Source of the DNA: Escherichia coli
Lineage (GTDB): Bacteria; Pseudomonadota; Gammaproteobacteria; Enterobacterales; Enterobacteriaceae
Reading direction: 5' to 3' (one strand)
DNA: 64,000 nt
Assembly: GCF_003334335.1 (NCBI RefSeq)
Contig: NZ_QOWQ01000001.1
This document shows positions 23,114 through 34,580 of the stretch, piece by piece. A model generated the notes under the pieces. The model was not told the DNA's origin, searched no databases, and saw nothing but the letters and a program-made list of their open reading frames with translations. The first letter of the stretch is position 1. Every line of letters begins with the position of its first letter. The translations under genes were made by a program, and so were the position numbers.

Positions 23114-24445
23114 TTACCCTAAATCCGCCATCAACACTTTGGATTTACGCTGGTAGTTGTACAACTGCTTTTTGCTCTCGGGCAGTAAATCAATATCCAC
23201 TGGGGTAAATCCACGTTCCTGGAACCAGTGAATACTGCGCGTGGTCAGCACAAACAATTTGCTTAAGCCGCTCTGCTTCGCCTGAGCGGCAATGCGTTCC
23301 AGCAGAACTTCACCCCTTGATGAACTGCGGTAATCCGGGTGAACTGCCACACAGGCCATTTCCCCAATCTTCTCTTCCGGGAACGGATAGAGCGCGGCGC
23401 AGGCAATAGTCGTGTTATCGCGCTGAATAATGGTGAATTTGTCGATTTCCATCTCCAGCTGCTCGCGAGAACGGCGTACCAGAATACCTTGCTGCTCCAG
23501 TGGGCGAATCAACTCCAGAATACCGCCAATATCGTTGATTGTTGCGCGACGAATCTGCTCGGCGCTTTCCATCACAATCTGCGTACCGATACCGTCGCGT
23601 GAGAACAACTCTTGCAACAGCGCGCCATCTTCCTGATAACTGATTAAATGACAGCGACGCACGCCGCTGCGGCAGGCTTTCACTGCGCCACGCAAAAAGC
23701 GCACCGTACCGGAGTTGTAATCGCCTTTCTCTTCCTGGGCTTCTACCCGCGCTTGCGCTTCGTTAGGGAAAAGTTCGGAGACAATATCACCGTCGTCATT
23801 AGTGACGCCCTGGGAAGAGCAAAAACCAATCATCTTTTCAGCTTTCAGTTTGATGGCCAGTTGAGTGGCAATCTCTTCCGAGGTCAGGTTAAAGCTCTCG
23901 CCAGTGACTGAAACAGCGACCGGCCCCATTAGCACTATTGCACCGCTGTCCAGTTGACGATGGATCGCGTCTTCATCAATCCGCCGGATACGCCCGCTAT
24001 GGCAGTAATCCACGCCGTCATCGACGCCCAGCGGCTGGGCAATAATAAAATTGCCACTGACGACGTTGATATGCGCGCCCTGCAGCGGCGTGTTATTGAG
24101 ACTCATCGACAGGCGAGCAGTAATATCCAGTTGCAATGTTCCCGCAGCCTGCTTCACCAGTTCCAGTGTTTTGGCGTCGGTCACACGTATATTCTTGTGA
24201 TACAGCGGTTCGTGGTGATGCGCAGCCAGATTTGCGTCGATCTGCGGACGTGCGCCATAGACCACCACCAGACGGATGCCGAGGCTGTGCAACAACCCGA
24301 TATCATTAACGATACTGGAGAAATTCTCATGCTCAATGGCTTCACCGCCGAGCATGATGACAAACGTTTTTCCCCGGTGGGTATTGATATAGGGAACCGA
24401 ATGGCGGAATCCCTCGACCAACTCGGTTTTACGTTCCTTTACCAC
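23114..24445 (-). CDS. argA: N-acetylglutamate synthase ArgA
   Basis: 443-aa protein from GTG start at 24443..24445 preceded by AAGAGGTG RBS; the track ORF extends 22 codons further upstream. Confidence 0.9.
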   Translation of the reverse strand: MVKERKTELVEGFRHSVPYINTHRGKTFVIMLGGEAIEHENFSSIVNDIGLLHSLGIRLVVVYGARPQIDANLAAHHHEPLYHKNIRVTDAKTLELVKQAAGTLQLDITARLSMSLNNTPLQGAHINVVSGNFIIAQPLGVDDGVDYCHSGRIRRIDEDAIHRQLDSGAIVLMGPVAVSVTGESFNLTSEEIATQLAIKLKAEKMIGFCSSQGVTNDDGDIVSELFPNEAQARVEAQEEKGDYNSGTVRFLRGAVKACRSGVRRCHLISYQEDGALLQELFSRDGIGTQIVMESAEQIRRATINDIGGILELIRPLEQQGILVRRSREQLEMEIDKFTIIQRDNTTIACAALYPFPEEKIGEMACVAVHPDYRSSSRGEVLLERIAAQAKQSGLSKLFVLTTRSIHWFQERGFTPVDIDLLPESKKQLYNYQRKSKVLMADLG

Positions 24446-24676
24446 GGCACACCTCTTTGCATGATTATTCGAAATTAGTGTATTTTTATTCTGTTTTTTC
24501 GCAGGGTGCAAGTGTAAATTTTATGCGAGAGCGACTTTTTTATCAGTAATGCCGTGAATATAAAAAGAATGTTTACCGTTTATTAGATGACAGATTATGC
24601 GTCTTTCGCTAAAGTTTCCGGTCAAATTAGTCGTTTACTTGTTACACAGCTTAGATTTCTTTTGCTCGGGAGAGGC

Positions 24677-25930
24677 ATGTCAGGATCCAACACTGCAATC
24701 AGCCGTCGTCGTTTACTGCAAGGCGCGGGTGCCATGTGGCTATTGAGCGTAAGTCAGGTCAGTCTGGCTGCGGTCAGCCAGGTCGTGGCGGTGCGCGTCT
24801 GGCCTGCGTCCAGCTACACCCGCGTGACGGTGGAATCAAATCGTCAGCTGAAATATAAGCAGTTCGCGTTGAGTAACCCTGAACGCGTGGTGGTGGATAT
24901 CGAAGATGTAAACCTGAACTCGGTACTCAAGGGGATGGCGGCACAAATTCGTGCAGACGACCCGTTCATCAAGTCGGCGCGCGTCGGGCAATTTGACCCG
25001 CAAACCGTACGGATGGTTTTTGAATTAAAGCAAAACGTAAAACCGCAGCTGTTTGCCCTTGCGCCGGTCGCCGGGTTTAAAGAGCGTCTGGTGATGGACC
25101 TCTATCCGGCCAATGCACAGGATATGCAGGACCCGCTGCTGGCGCTGCTGGAGGATTACAACAAAGGCGACCTCGAAAAGCAGGTGCCGCCAGCGCAAAG
25201 TGGTCCACAACCGGGTAAAGCAGGGCGCGATCGTCCGATTGTCATTATGCTTGACCCTGGCCACGGTGGCGAAGACTCCGGTGCGGTGGGGAAATACAAA
25301 ACGCGCGAAAAAGATGTGGTATTGCAAATAGCTCGCCGTTTGCGCTCTCTGATCGAGAAAGAGGGCAATATGAAGGTGTACATGACGCGCAATGAAGACA
25401 TCTTCATTCCATTGCAAGTGCGCGTAGCAAAAGCCCAGAAACAGCGTGCTGACCTGTTTGTCTCTATCCATGCCGACGCCTTTACCAGTCGTCAGCCGAG
25501 CGGTTCCTCTGTGTTTGCGCTCTCAACCAAAGGTGCAACCAGTACTGCGGCAAAATATCTGGCACAAACCCAGAACGCCTCGGACTTGATTGGTGGCGTG
25601 AGCAAAAGCGGTGACCGCTATGTCGACCACACCATGTTCGATATGGTACAGTCGCTGACCATTGCCGACAGCCTGAAGTTTGGTAAAGCGGTACTGAATA
25701 AGCTCGGTAAAATCAACAAGCTGCATAAAAATCAAGTTGAACAGGCCGGGTTTGCCGTACTAAAGGCACCAGATATTCCCTCCATTCTGGTCGAAACGGC
25801 GTTTATCAGTAACGTTGAGGAAGAGCGTAAACTGAAAACGGCGACTTTCCAGCAGGAAGTTGCGGAGTCTATTCTTGCGGGGATTAAAGCGTATTTTGCC
25901 GATGGGGCGACGCTGGCGAGAAGGGGATGA
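24677..25930 (+). CDS. amiC: N-acetylmuramoyl-L-alanine amidase AmiC (Tat-exported)
   Basis: 417-aa protein from ATG 24677 with twin-arginine signal (SRRRLLQG). Confidence 0.9.
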
Positions 25931-25932
25931 TA

Positions 25933-25957
25933 AAAAGGCGCTGAATGGCGCTTTTTT
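25933..25957 (+). terminator. Hairpin with T-run after amiC
   Basis: A-tract, GC stem (GCGC/GCGC), T6 run immediately after amiC stop. Confidence 0.4.
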
Positions 25958-25973
25958 ATGGGAGACCAGAAAC

Positions 25974-25996
25974 AAAAAAACACCCGTTAGGGTGTT
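25974..25996 (-). terminator. Rho-independent terminator of the tRNA-fMet gene
   Basis: On the minus strand: stem ACACCC / GGGTGT with 4-nt loop followed by U7, directly 3' of the tRNA. Confidence 0.5.
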
Positions 25997-26003
25997 CAAT
26001 AAT

Positions 26004-26080
<77 letters not shown>

Positions 26081-26093
26081 TCCGTGGATGCGC

Positions 26094-26121
26094 ACTATAC
26101 TCCGCTCGCGTTTTCATGCAA
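26094..26121 (-). promoter_or_regulatory. Candidate sigma70 promoter for the tRNA-fMet gene
   Basis: On the minus strand TTGCAT, 16-bp spacer, TATAGT, ending about 13 nt upstream of the mature tRNA 5' end. Confidence 0.45.
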
Positions 26122-26288
26122 CCTTTTTTTTACCCCGATCACGGATTTGGCATGATTTTGAACAAAAACAAATCACTAAAGCCTATTTTTTGTGCAAAAT
26201 TTGCGTCAGGGAGAGGCTGCTCATTTCATTAAACGCGGCGGTTTGTTATCTTCGTTGCGCCTTATTTTTTAACCTGAAGAAGAGAACA

Positions 26289-27386
26289 ATGAAAGGACGT
26301 TGGGTAAAGTACCTTCTTATGGGCACGGTTGTGGCAATGCTTGCCGCCTGCTCTTCCAAACCAACCGATCGCGGACAGCAATATAAAGACGGGAAATTTA
26401 CCCAGCCTTTCTCTCTGGTGAACCAGCCAGATGCCGTTGGCGCGCCGATTAACGCCGGTGATTTTGCCGAGCAAATTAACCATATCCGTAATTCGTCACC
26501 GCGTCTGTATGGCAACCAGAGTAATGTTTATAACGCGGTGCAAGAGTGGCTGCGCGCAGGCGGTGATACCCGCAATATGCGCCAGTTCGGCATTGATGCC
26601 TGGCAGATGGAAGGTGCCGACAACTATGGTAACGTGCAGTTTACCGGTTATTACACGCCGGTAATTCAGGCGCGCCATACCCGCCAGGGCGAGTTCCAGT
26701 ATCCTATTTACCGTATGCCGCCAAAACGTGGTCGTCTGCCGTCTCGTGCGGAGATCTACGCGGGGGCATTGAGTGATAAATATATTCTCGCTTACAGTAA
26801 CTCCCTGATGGATAACTTCATTATGGATGTGCAGGGTAGTGGGTATATCGACTTTGGTGATGGCAGTCCGCTTAACTTTTTCAGCTATGCAGGGAAAAAC
26901 GGTCATGCCTATCGCAGCATTGGTAAGGTGCTGATCGACCGTGGCGAAGTGAAAAAAGAAGATATGTCGATGCAGGCGATTCGTCACTGGGGCGAAACAC
27001 ACAGTGAAGCCGAGGTTCGCGAGCTGCTGGAACAGAACCCGTCTTTCGTCTTCTTTAAACCGCAATCTTTTGCTCCGGTGAAAGGGGCAAGTGCGGTGCC
27101 GCTGGTTGGTCGCGCGTCAGTTGCCTCTGATCGTTCCATTATTCCGCCAGGTACTACCTTGCTGGCAGAAGTGCCGTTGCTGGATAATAACGGCAAATTT
27201 AATGGTCAGTACGAACTGCGTCTGATGGTGGCGCTGGATGTCGGTGGTGCAATCAAAGGCCAACACTTCGATATCTATCAAGGGATCGGGCCGGAAGCCG
27301 GACACCGCGCAGGTTGGTACAACCACTATGGACGTGTCTGGGTGCTGAAAACCGCCCCGGGCGCAGGTAACGTCTTTAGCGGCTGA
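26289..27386 (+). CDS. mltA: Membrane-bound lytic murein transglycosylase A (MltA)
   Basis: 365-aa lipoprotein from ATG 26289 (lipobox LAAC); the track ORF extends spuriously upstream through the tRNA. Confidence 0.9.
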   Translation: MKGRWVKYLLMGTVVAMLAACSSKPTDRGQQYKDGKFTQPFSLVNQPDAVGAPINAGDFAEQINHIRNSSPRLYGNQSNVYNAVQEWLRAGGDTRNMRQFGIDAWQMEGADNYGNVQFTGYYTPVIQARHTRQGEFQYPIYRMPPKRGRLPSRAEIYAGALSDKYILAYSNSLMDNFIMDVQGSGYIDFGDGSPLNFFSYAGKNGHAYRSIGKVLIDRGEVKKEDMSMQAIRHWGETHSEAEVRELLEQNPSFVFFKPQSFAPVKGASAVPLVGRASVASDRSIIPPGTTLLAEVPLLDNNGKFNGQYELRLMVALDVGGAIKGQHFDIYQGIGPEAGHRAGWYNHYGRVWVLKTAPGAGNVFSG

Positions 27387-27474
27387 TGTGATATTCTGTA
27401 TGCCGTTTTTACGGATATGACAGGGTGAGGGGTAACCTCACATCCTGATTATTGACTAAGTGCGCGTTGTTCAT

Positions 27475-27571
27475 GCCGGATGCGGCGTGAACGCCTTATC
27501 CGGCCTACAAATCATGCAAATCCAAAATATTGCAGGAGTTATGTAGGCCTGATAAGCGTAGCGCATCAGGC
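27475..27571. repeat. BIME: two REP palindromic units in opposite orientation
   Basis: GCCGGATGCGGCGTGAACGCCTTATCCGGCCTAC at 27475..27508 and GTAGGCCTGATAAGCGTAGCGCATCAGGC at 27543..27571. Confidence 0.6.
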
Positions 27572-27624
27572 ATTTATGCGTTTAGGGTGAGGGATAACCT
27601 CGCCCTTTTTAATTCTGAGGTGCT

Positions 27625-28431
27625 ATGTCTGTGGTAATTAGTGATGCATGGCGTCAGCGTTTTGGTGGCACAGCGCGTCTGTATGGTGAAAAAGCGTTGC
27701 AACTGTTTGCTGACGCGCATATTTGTGTGGTTGGTATCGGTGGTGTCGGTTCCTGGGCGGCGGAAGCGCTGGCGCGCACGGGGATTGGCGCAATCACGCT
27801 TATCGATATGGATGATGTGTGCGTCACCAATACCAATCGGCAAATTCATGCCCTGCGCGATAACGTTGGGCTGGCAAAAGCGGAAGTTATGGCGGAGCGT
27901 ATTCGCCAGATTAACCCGGAGTGCCGTGTAACGGTGGTGGATGATTTCGTGACGCCGGATAACGTAGCGCAGTATATGAGCGTGGGTTATTCGTACGTGA
28001 TTGATGCCATTGATAGTGTACGGCCCAAAGCGGCGCTGATTGCTTATTGTCGGCGCAATAAAATCCCACTGGTCACAACCGGTGGCGCGGGTGGGCAGAT
28101 TGATCCGACGCAGATTCAGGTTACCGATCTGGCGAAAACGATTCAGGACCCGCTGGCGGCGAAGTTGCGCGAGCGCCTGAAAAGCGATTTTGGCGTAGTG
28201 AAAAACAGTAAAGGTAAGCTCGGCGTGGATTGCGTGTTTTCTACTGAAGCGCTGGTGTACCCGCAGTCAGACGGTACGGTGTGTGCGATGAAAGCCACGG
28301 CAGAAGGGCCGAAGCGGATGGATTGTGCATCTGGATTTGGCGCGGCAACGATGGTGACCGCCACCTTTGGGTTTGTTGCGGTTTCTCATGCGCTGAAGAA
28401 GATGATGGCGAAAGCGGCGCGTCAGGGTTAA
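27625..28431 (+). CDS. tcdA: tRNA threonylcarbamoyladenosine dehydratase TcdA (CsdL)
   Basis: 268-aa ORF with ThiF/MoeB-type nucleotide-binding motif (VVGIGGVGSWAAEALARTG). Confidence 0.9.
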   Translation: MSVVISDAWRQRFGGTARLYGEKALQLFADAHICVVGIGGVGSWAAEALARTGIGAITLIDMDDVCVTNTNRQIHALRDNVGLAKAEVMAERIRQINPECRVTVVDDFVTPDNVAQYMSVGYSYVIDAIDSVRPKAALIAYCRRNKIPLVTTGGAGGQIDPTQIQVTDLAKTIQDPLAAKLRERLKSDFGVVKNSKGKLGVDCVFSTEALVYPQSDGTVCAMKATAEGPKRMDCASGFGAATMVTATFGFVAVSHALKKMMAKAARQG

Positions 28432-28438
28432 ACAATCA

Positions 28439-28470
28439 GGTCGGATGAGACGCGAACGTCTTATCCGACC
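28439..28470. repeat. REP-like palindrome between convergent tcdA and csdE
   Basis: GGTCGGATGAGACG / CGTCTTATCCGACC inverted repeat with one mismatch. Confidence 0.45.
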
Positions 28471-28481
28471 CGGTTCTGTGC

Positions 28482-28925
28482 TTAAACCTGCTTCGTCGCA
28501 GCGATAATCGCCTCGCTTAACGCATTTAACCCCTGGCTGCGTGAGGCGCTAAGCTGCGCACGTAATCCCAGCTCATCAAACAATGCCAGTGGTGACTGTG
28601 CCTGCAACTCGGCGGCGGTTTTCCCCTCAACGGCAGTCAACAACACCGCCAGCAGGCCGCGCACAATGCGCCCTTCGCTGTCGCCAAAGAAATGCATTTT
28701 GCCGTTTTCAGCCACTGTATATCCCAGCCAGACGCGGTTTTCGCATCCGGCAATCTCTTTAGCCTGCGCTTTTAACTCGTCTGGCAATGCCGGAAGCTGT
28801 TTCCCCAGCATGATCAACTGGCGATATTTATCTTCCCATTGCGTCAACGGTGCGAAGGTATTGCGTAACGTTTCTGCGGTTACGGTTGTGCCGAACGGAT
28901 GTCCGGCGAATTGCGGGTTTGTCAT
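28482..28925 (-). CDS. csdE: Sulfur acceptor protein CsdE
   Basis: 147-aa SufE-like ORF immediately downstream of csdA. Confidence 0.9.
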
Positions 28926-30130
28926 TAATCCACCAATAATTCCAGCGCGCGGTCAACGGCATTCACCAGCGCATCCACATCACTCTTTGTATTATATGGC
29001 GCAAAAGAGGCGCGCAGTGTGCCGGTTACGCCTAATTCTGCCAGTAGCGGCTGAGCGCAATGCTGCCCGGCCCGCAGGGCAATACCGTACTCCGCCAGCA
29101 GCGTCACCATATCGCTATGATGAACGCCAGCAAAATCAAAGGCCAGCAGGCTGGAATCCTGGCAGCGGAATGAACGAAAGCCGGGACGTTTCGCCAGCGC
29201 ATCTTCCGCCAGCGTTGCTAAGCTACGGCTCCAGCTTTCGGCCTGGTTGATATCGTAATCTGCCAGCCATTCCAGCGCCGCGCTTAATCCTATGACACCA
29301 GCGACATTTGGCGTTCCAGCTTCCAGTTTCCACGGCGCAGATTGAGTCGTGAAGCCGTCAAAACTCACTTCGTGAACCATTTTGCCGCCGCCCAGCCAGG
29401 GCGACATCGCCTCCAGCAGTTCTGATTTACCATACAGCACGCCGATACCTGTCGGGCCATACAGTTTGTGACCTGAAAAAGCATAGAAATCAATATCCAG
29501 TTGCTGAACATCCGCGGGGAAATGCACTGCCCCCTGAGCACCATCAACCATCACCACCATCCCGGCTGAATGAGCAAAGGTAATCGCTCGCGCCAGATCC
29601 GGGCAACCGCCAGTAACGTTCGACATCTGACCCAACGCCAGAATCCGACTACGGGGAGTAATCAGTTCTGGCAACAAATCGACATCCGGCAGTCGCTGCG
29701 CATTAAGCGGCAATTTCACCACTTTGGCTCCAGTTTGTTGGGCGACCATCAGCCAGGGGACGAGGTTGGCGTGGTGTTCTGCCACGCTGACAATAATCTC
29801 ATCGCCCGGTTGCAGACGCGGACGCGCATAGCATTGTGCCACCATGTTGATGGATTCAGTGGTGCCGCGCGTCCAGACGATAGTTTTATCATCCGGTGCA
29901 TTCAGTAATTGCGCCACTTTCTCTCGTGCAGCTTCATAACGCGCGGTCAGGCGTTGGGCTTCGGCAAACTGGCTGCGATGGACGTTTCCGGCGCTCAGAC
30001 TGTAAAACTGTTGGGTGGCTTCAACCACGGCTTCAGGTTTAAGCGCGGTCGCGGCGCTGTCGAGATAGACGCCCGCATCCTGTAGTGCGGGAAACTGGGC
30101 GCGAAACTGCGCGGGATTAAAAACGTTCAT
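28925..30130 (-). CDS. csdA: Cysteine desulfurase CsdA
   Basis: 401-aa protein from ATG at 30128..30130 (MNVFNPAQF...); the track ORF is 12 codons longer. Confidence 0.9.
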
Positions 30131-30321
30131 GGTACTCCTCGGCTTGATGCACCGATCGTGACGCAAAATTCACTTTGATACAAGGAGAGTGCTAACCATC
30201 AGAATTATCTGGATATCCTGGCGAAGCCGCGTAAGTAACATATGCTGAATAGTGTTAGGCGTTAATTTTAGCCTGTTAATCAATACTATTAAGATTTATT
30301 AATCGCTTTAAGGAGAAGATG

Positions 30322-30549
30322 ATGAAAAAGACTGCCGCAATTATTTCTGCCTGTATGCTGACTTTTGCCCTGAGCGCCTGTTCCGGTTCGAACTATGTGA
30401 TGCACACCAATGACGGACGTACCATCGTCTCTGACGGCAAACCACAGACTGATAACGATACCGGTATGATTTCGTATAAAGACGCTAATGGCAACAAACA
30501 GCAGATCAACCGTACTGACGTGAAAGAGATGGTCGAACTGGATCAGTAA
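30322..30549 (+). CDS. ygdI: Small lipoprotein YgdI (DUF903 family)
   Basis: 75-aa ORF (alternative ATG at 30319) with lipobox (LSAC); paralog of ygdR. Confidence 0.85.
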   Translation: MKKTAAIISACMLTFALSACSGSNYVMHTNDGRTIVSDGKPQTDNDTGMISYKDANGNKQQINRTDVKEMVELDQ

Positions 30550-30565
30550 TTCGCGATCGCAAGGT

Positions 30566-30771
30566 AAAAAAAAGCACCGCAATTAGGCGGTGCTACATTA
30601 ATCACTATGGACAGACAGGGTAAATGTACAGGAAGTGAAAAAAGGTAGCTTTGCTACCATGGTCTGAATCGCAGACCAATTGCAAACACAACAACACAAC
30701 ATCACAACCGTAAGCCAAAAGTTCACCAGAACACGCATTCCGATAAAACTTTTCGTTCCGGCTCAGGAAGT
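30566..30771 (-). ncRNA. gcvB: GcvB small regulatory RNA
   Basis: Reverse complement matches GcvB from ACTTCCTGAGCCGG through the GU-rich seed region to a GCGGTGC-U8 terminator; divergent from gcvA. Confidence 0.85.
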
Positions 30772-30899
30772 GCCGCCACTATAGGTATTTGCTGGTAGAA
30801 GCTCAACGGACAATTTATAATGGCTCAGATTAAAAAAACTAATAGGTTACATAGTGTGATCTAATTGTTAAATTCATTTAACATCAAAGTTTAATAGCC

Positions 30900-31817
30900 A
30901 TGTCTAAACGATTACCACCGCTAAATGCCTTACGAGTTTTTGATGCCGCAGCACGCCATTTAAGTTTCACTCGCGCAGCAGAAGAGCTTTTTGTGACCCA
31001 AGCCGCAGTAAGTCATCAAATCAAGTCTCTTGAGGATTTTTTGGGGCTAAAACTGTTCCGCCGCCGTAATCGTTCACTCCTGCTGACCGAGGAAGGGCAA
31101 AGCTATTTCCTCGATATCAAAGAGATATTTTCGCAATTAACCGAAGCGACGCGTAAACTCCAGGCCCGTAGCGCCAAGGGGGCGTTGACGGTCAGTTTAC
31201 TCCCCAGTTTCGCCATTCATTGGTTGGTTCCGCGACTTTCCAGCTTTAATTCAGCTTATCCGGGAATTGACGTTCGAATCCAGGCGGTTGATCGTCAGGA
31301 AGATAAGCTGGCGGATGATGTTGATGTGGCGATATTTTATGGTCGGGGCAACTGGCCGGGGCTACGGGTGGAAAAACTGTACGCCGAATATTTATTGCCG
31401 GTGTGTTCGCCGCTACTGCTGACTGGCGAAAAACCCTTGAAGACACCGGAAGATCTGGCTAAACATACGTTATTACATGATGCTTCGCGCCGTGACTGGC
31501 AGACATATACCCGACAGTTGGGGTTAAATCATATCAACGTTCAGCAAGGGCCAATTTTTAGCCATAGCGCCATGGTGCTGCAAGCGGCTATCCACGGGCA
31601 GGGAGTGGCGCTGGCAAATAACGTGATGGCGCAATCTGAAATCGAGGCCGGACGTCTTGTTTGCCCGTTTAATGATGTTCTGGTCAGTAAAAATGCTTTT
31701 TATCTGGTTTGTCATGACAGTCAGGCAGAACTGGGTAAAATAGCCGCCTTTCGCCAATGGATCCTGGCGAAAGCCGCTGCTGAACAAGAAAAATTCCGCT
31801 TTCGTTATGAACAATAA
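30900..31817 (+). CDS. gcvA: LysR-family glycine cleavage system regulator GcvA
   Basis: 305-aa ORF with N-terminal LysR helix-turn-helix. Confidence 0.95.
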   Translation: MSKRLPPLNALRVFDAAARHLSFTRAAEELFVTQAAVSHQIKSLEDFLGLKLFRRRNRSLLLTEEGQSYFLDIKEIFSQLTEATRKLQARSAKGALTVSLLPSFAIHWLVPRLSSFNSAYPGIDVRIQAVDRQEDKLADDVDVAIFYGRGNWPGLRVEKLYAEYLLPVCSPLLLTGEKPLKTPEDLAKHTLLHDASRRDWQTYTRQLGLNHINVQQGPIFSHSAMVLQAAIHGQGVALANNVMAQSEIEAGRLVCPFNDVLVSKNAFYLVCHDSQAELGKIAAFRQWILAKAAAEQEKFRFRYEQ

Positions 31818-31835
31818 TTTACGTAGGGTACGACC

Positions 31836-32231
31836 ATGACCAGCCGTTTTATGCTGATTTTCGCCGCCATTAGCGGCTTCATTTTTGTGGCTCTGGGCGC
31901 TTTTGGCGCGCATGTGTTAAGTAAAACCATGGGGGCCGTTGAGATGGGCTGGATCCAGACCGGCCTCGAATACCAGGCGTTTCATACGCTGGCGATCTTA
32001 GGTCTGGCGGTGGCAATGCAGCGTCGCATCAGTATCTGGTTTTACTGGAGTAGCGTTTTCCTCGCGTTAGGCACGGTGTTGTTCAGCGGCAGCCTTTATT
32101 GCCTGGCGCTGTCCCATCTGCGTTTGTGGGCGTTTGTCACTCCGGTTGGCGGCGTGAGCTTCCTCGCGGGCTGGGCGTTAATGTTAGTTGGTGCTATCCG
32201 TTTAAAGCGCAAGGGCGTAAGTCATGAATAA
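31836..32231 (+). CDS. ygdD: DUF423 inner membrane protein YgdD
   Basis: 131-aa hydrophobic ORF; 8-bp overlap with rlmM. Confidence 0.85.
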
Positions 32232-33324
32232 GGTTGTATTGCTGTGCCGTCCGGGCTTTGAAAAAGAGTGCGCCGCAGAAATTACCGATAAAGCCGGCCA
32301 GCGGGAAATTTTCGGTTTTGCCCGCGTGAAAGAGAATGCGGGTTATGTCATTTATGAATGTTATCAACCTGATGATGGCGATAAGTTAATCCGTGAGCTG
32401 CCGTTCAGTTCATTAATTTTTGCCCGCCAGTGGTTTGTGGTGGGGGAACTCCTGCAGCATTTGCCGCCAGAAGATCGTATTACCCCCATTGTCGGCATGT
32501 TACAGGGCGTAGTAGAGAAGGGCGGTGAACTGCGTGTTGAAGTTGCCGATACCAACGAAAGCAAAGAGTTACTGAAATTCTGCCGTAAATTTACTGTTCC
32601 GCTACGCGCTGCCTTGCGCGATGCCGGGGTGCTGGCGAACTATGAAACGCCGAAGCGTCCGGTTGTGCATGTATTCTTTATTGCACCAGGCTGCTGCTAT
32701 ACCGGTTACTCATACAGCAACAATAATTCGCCGTTCTATATGGGCATTCCGCGCCTGAAATTTCCGGCAGATGCGCCGAGTCGTTCCACGCTCAAACTGG
32801 AAGAGGCATTTCATGTGTTTATTCCTGCGGATGAGTGGGATGAACGCCTGGCGAACGGGATGTGGGCGGTGGATTTAGGCGCTTGCCCTGGCGGCTGGAC
32901 CTACCAACTGGTGAAGCGCAACATGTGGGTTTATTCCGTCGACAACGGCCCGATGGCGCAAAGTCTGATGGATACCGGACAGGTGACGTGGCTGCGGGAA
33001 GACGGTTTCAAATTCCGTCCGACGCGCAGCAATATCTCCTGGATGGTATGCGATATGGTTGAAAAACCGGCGAAAGTTGCGGCATTGATGGCGCAGTGGC
33101 TGGTTAATGGCTGGTGCCGTGAAACCATTTTCAACCTCAAACTGCCGATGAAAAAACGCTACGAAGAAGTGTCACACAATCTGGCGTATATTCAGGCACA
33201 GCTTGATGAACATGGCATAAATGCTCAGATTCAGGCGCGGCAGTTGTATCACGATCGCGAAGAAGTGACGGTGCACGTCCGCCGCATCTGGGCTGCGGTG
33301 GGTGGTCGTCGCGACGAGCGATAA
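32224..33324 (+). CDS. rlmM: 23S rRNA 2'-O-ribose C2498 methyltransferase RlmM
   Basis: 366-aa ORF recognised as RlmM (YgdE). Confidence 0.9.
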
Positions 33325-33367
33325 CAGGCAAGGCCGGGGCGTCGTCTCCGGCCTGCTACCCTTTCCG

Positions 33368-34099
33368 TCAGGCTGTTACCAAAGAAGTTGCAACCTGGCG
33401 CTCATCAGAAATAATGTGCGTTACCTCATCCAGATGCCCGATGCGGGCTTCCCCTGAACGATTAAATTTACTTTTATCAATCAATAACAACGATTGCGCG
33501 GCACGTTTTAATAGCATCGATTTGTAATCAGCGTTGATCGCATTGGAGTCCCACAGTGCGCCGCTGCTATCGATCCCTTCACAAGAAAAAATAAACAGAT
33601 CGATTTCCAGCGATTTAAGTTGGGAAATCAGCGAGGGATTGACGTAACAGCCATATTTGCGCTCAAGTGTGCCGCCGGAACTGATCAGTTGAATGCGTTC
33701 GCGTTTACCGAGTTCATGGCAAATCGGATGGCTATTGGTGAAGACCTGAATGTTGATGTCAGGCAACTGGCGTGCCAGATACCAGCAAGTTGAACTGGCG
33801 TCTAAGGCTATCACCATCCCTTCTTCAATCCACGCGAGCGCCTCGCGCGCGATATCTGCTTTATGCGCATAATGGCTTTTCAGCCTGATGTGAAAGGGAT
33901 CGCCACTGTCTTGATTTTGACGGTGGATATATTTAGCGCGTCCATGATTGCGCAGAATTTTACCCTGCGTCTGTAATTCATTGAGATCGCGACGAATGGT
34001 TTCTTTACTGACCTTTAGCTGTTCAGAGAGAGCTTCCGTGGTCAGGCTGGTATGGTTCAGCAGCAGGTCGACTATCGCTTGCTGGCGTGCCGCTTTCAT
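33368..34099 (-). CDS. fucR: DeoR-family fucose regulon activator FucR
   Basis: 243-aa protein from ATG at 34097..34099; N-terminal helix-turn-helix. Confidence 0.9.
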   Translation of the reverse strand: MKAARQQAIVDLLLNHTSLTTEALSEQLKVSKETIRRDLNELQTQGKILRNHGRAKYIHRQNQDSGDPFHIRLKSHYAHKADIAREALAWIEEGMVIALDASSTCWYLARQLPDINIQVFTNSHPICHELGKRERIQLISSGGTLERKYGCYVNPSLISQLKSLEIDLFIFSCEGIDSSGALWDSNAINADYKSMLLKRAAQSLLLIDKSKFNRSGEARIGHLDEVTHIISDERQVATSLVTA

Positions 34100-34156
34100 A
34101 TTTTTCACCCCATCATTCGATAACCGCCCGCGTCATGCGGGCGTACCGGTATGAGA

Positions 34157-34579
34157 TTACGGTGTTACCCCTTTTTTTAAAAGAATATTCCCGTACTTCG
34201 CTCGTTCGCCTGTGATAACGATCGCAAAGGCTTTTTGCGCCCGTTCATAAAACGCAAAACGATTGATGCGGATGATGTCAGGACACGGGGCTTGTAGTGA
34301 AAGCGCATTACGGTAACGTCGTTCTACTTCAGGATCGAGAGTGTCACCTTCTACCGCCGCCATCATCACCAGCGGCGGTGCATAACTGTCCAGTTCAAAT
34401 AACGGGATAATCGCCTGGAGCAAGTCGCTCACCAACAGGCCATCAGCGCGGATCACCTGCGGTCCCATCGAATGGGCGGGAAAGTGAGCATCGGAAAAAA
34501 TAATTTCATCTCCATGTCCCATCTCTGCCAGCACTTTCAATAGTTCGGGAGAAATTAACGGCGAAATTGTTTTCAGCAT
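34157..34579 (-). CDS. fucU: L-fucose mutarotase FucU
   Basis: 140-aa ORF in fucPIKUR order. Confidence 0.9.
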
Positions 34580-34580
34580 T

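Noticed and set aside
24446-24511. 22-codon N-terminal extension of argA
   Set aside because: The GTG at 24443..24445 is preceded by a good RBS and gives the expected 443-aa protein; the upstream ATG lies in the promoter-operator region.
26496-27065. 189-aa minus-strand ORF
   Set aside because: Antisense within mltA; no independent support.
27475-27571. Possible CRISPR array or mobile element suggested by repeated palindromes
   Set aside because: The repeats are REP/BIME palindromes (also at 28439 and 55546), with no regular repeat-spacer periodicity, no cas genes, and no transposase or integrase ORF anywhere in the window.
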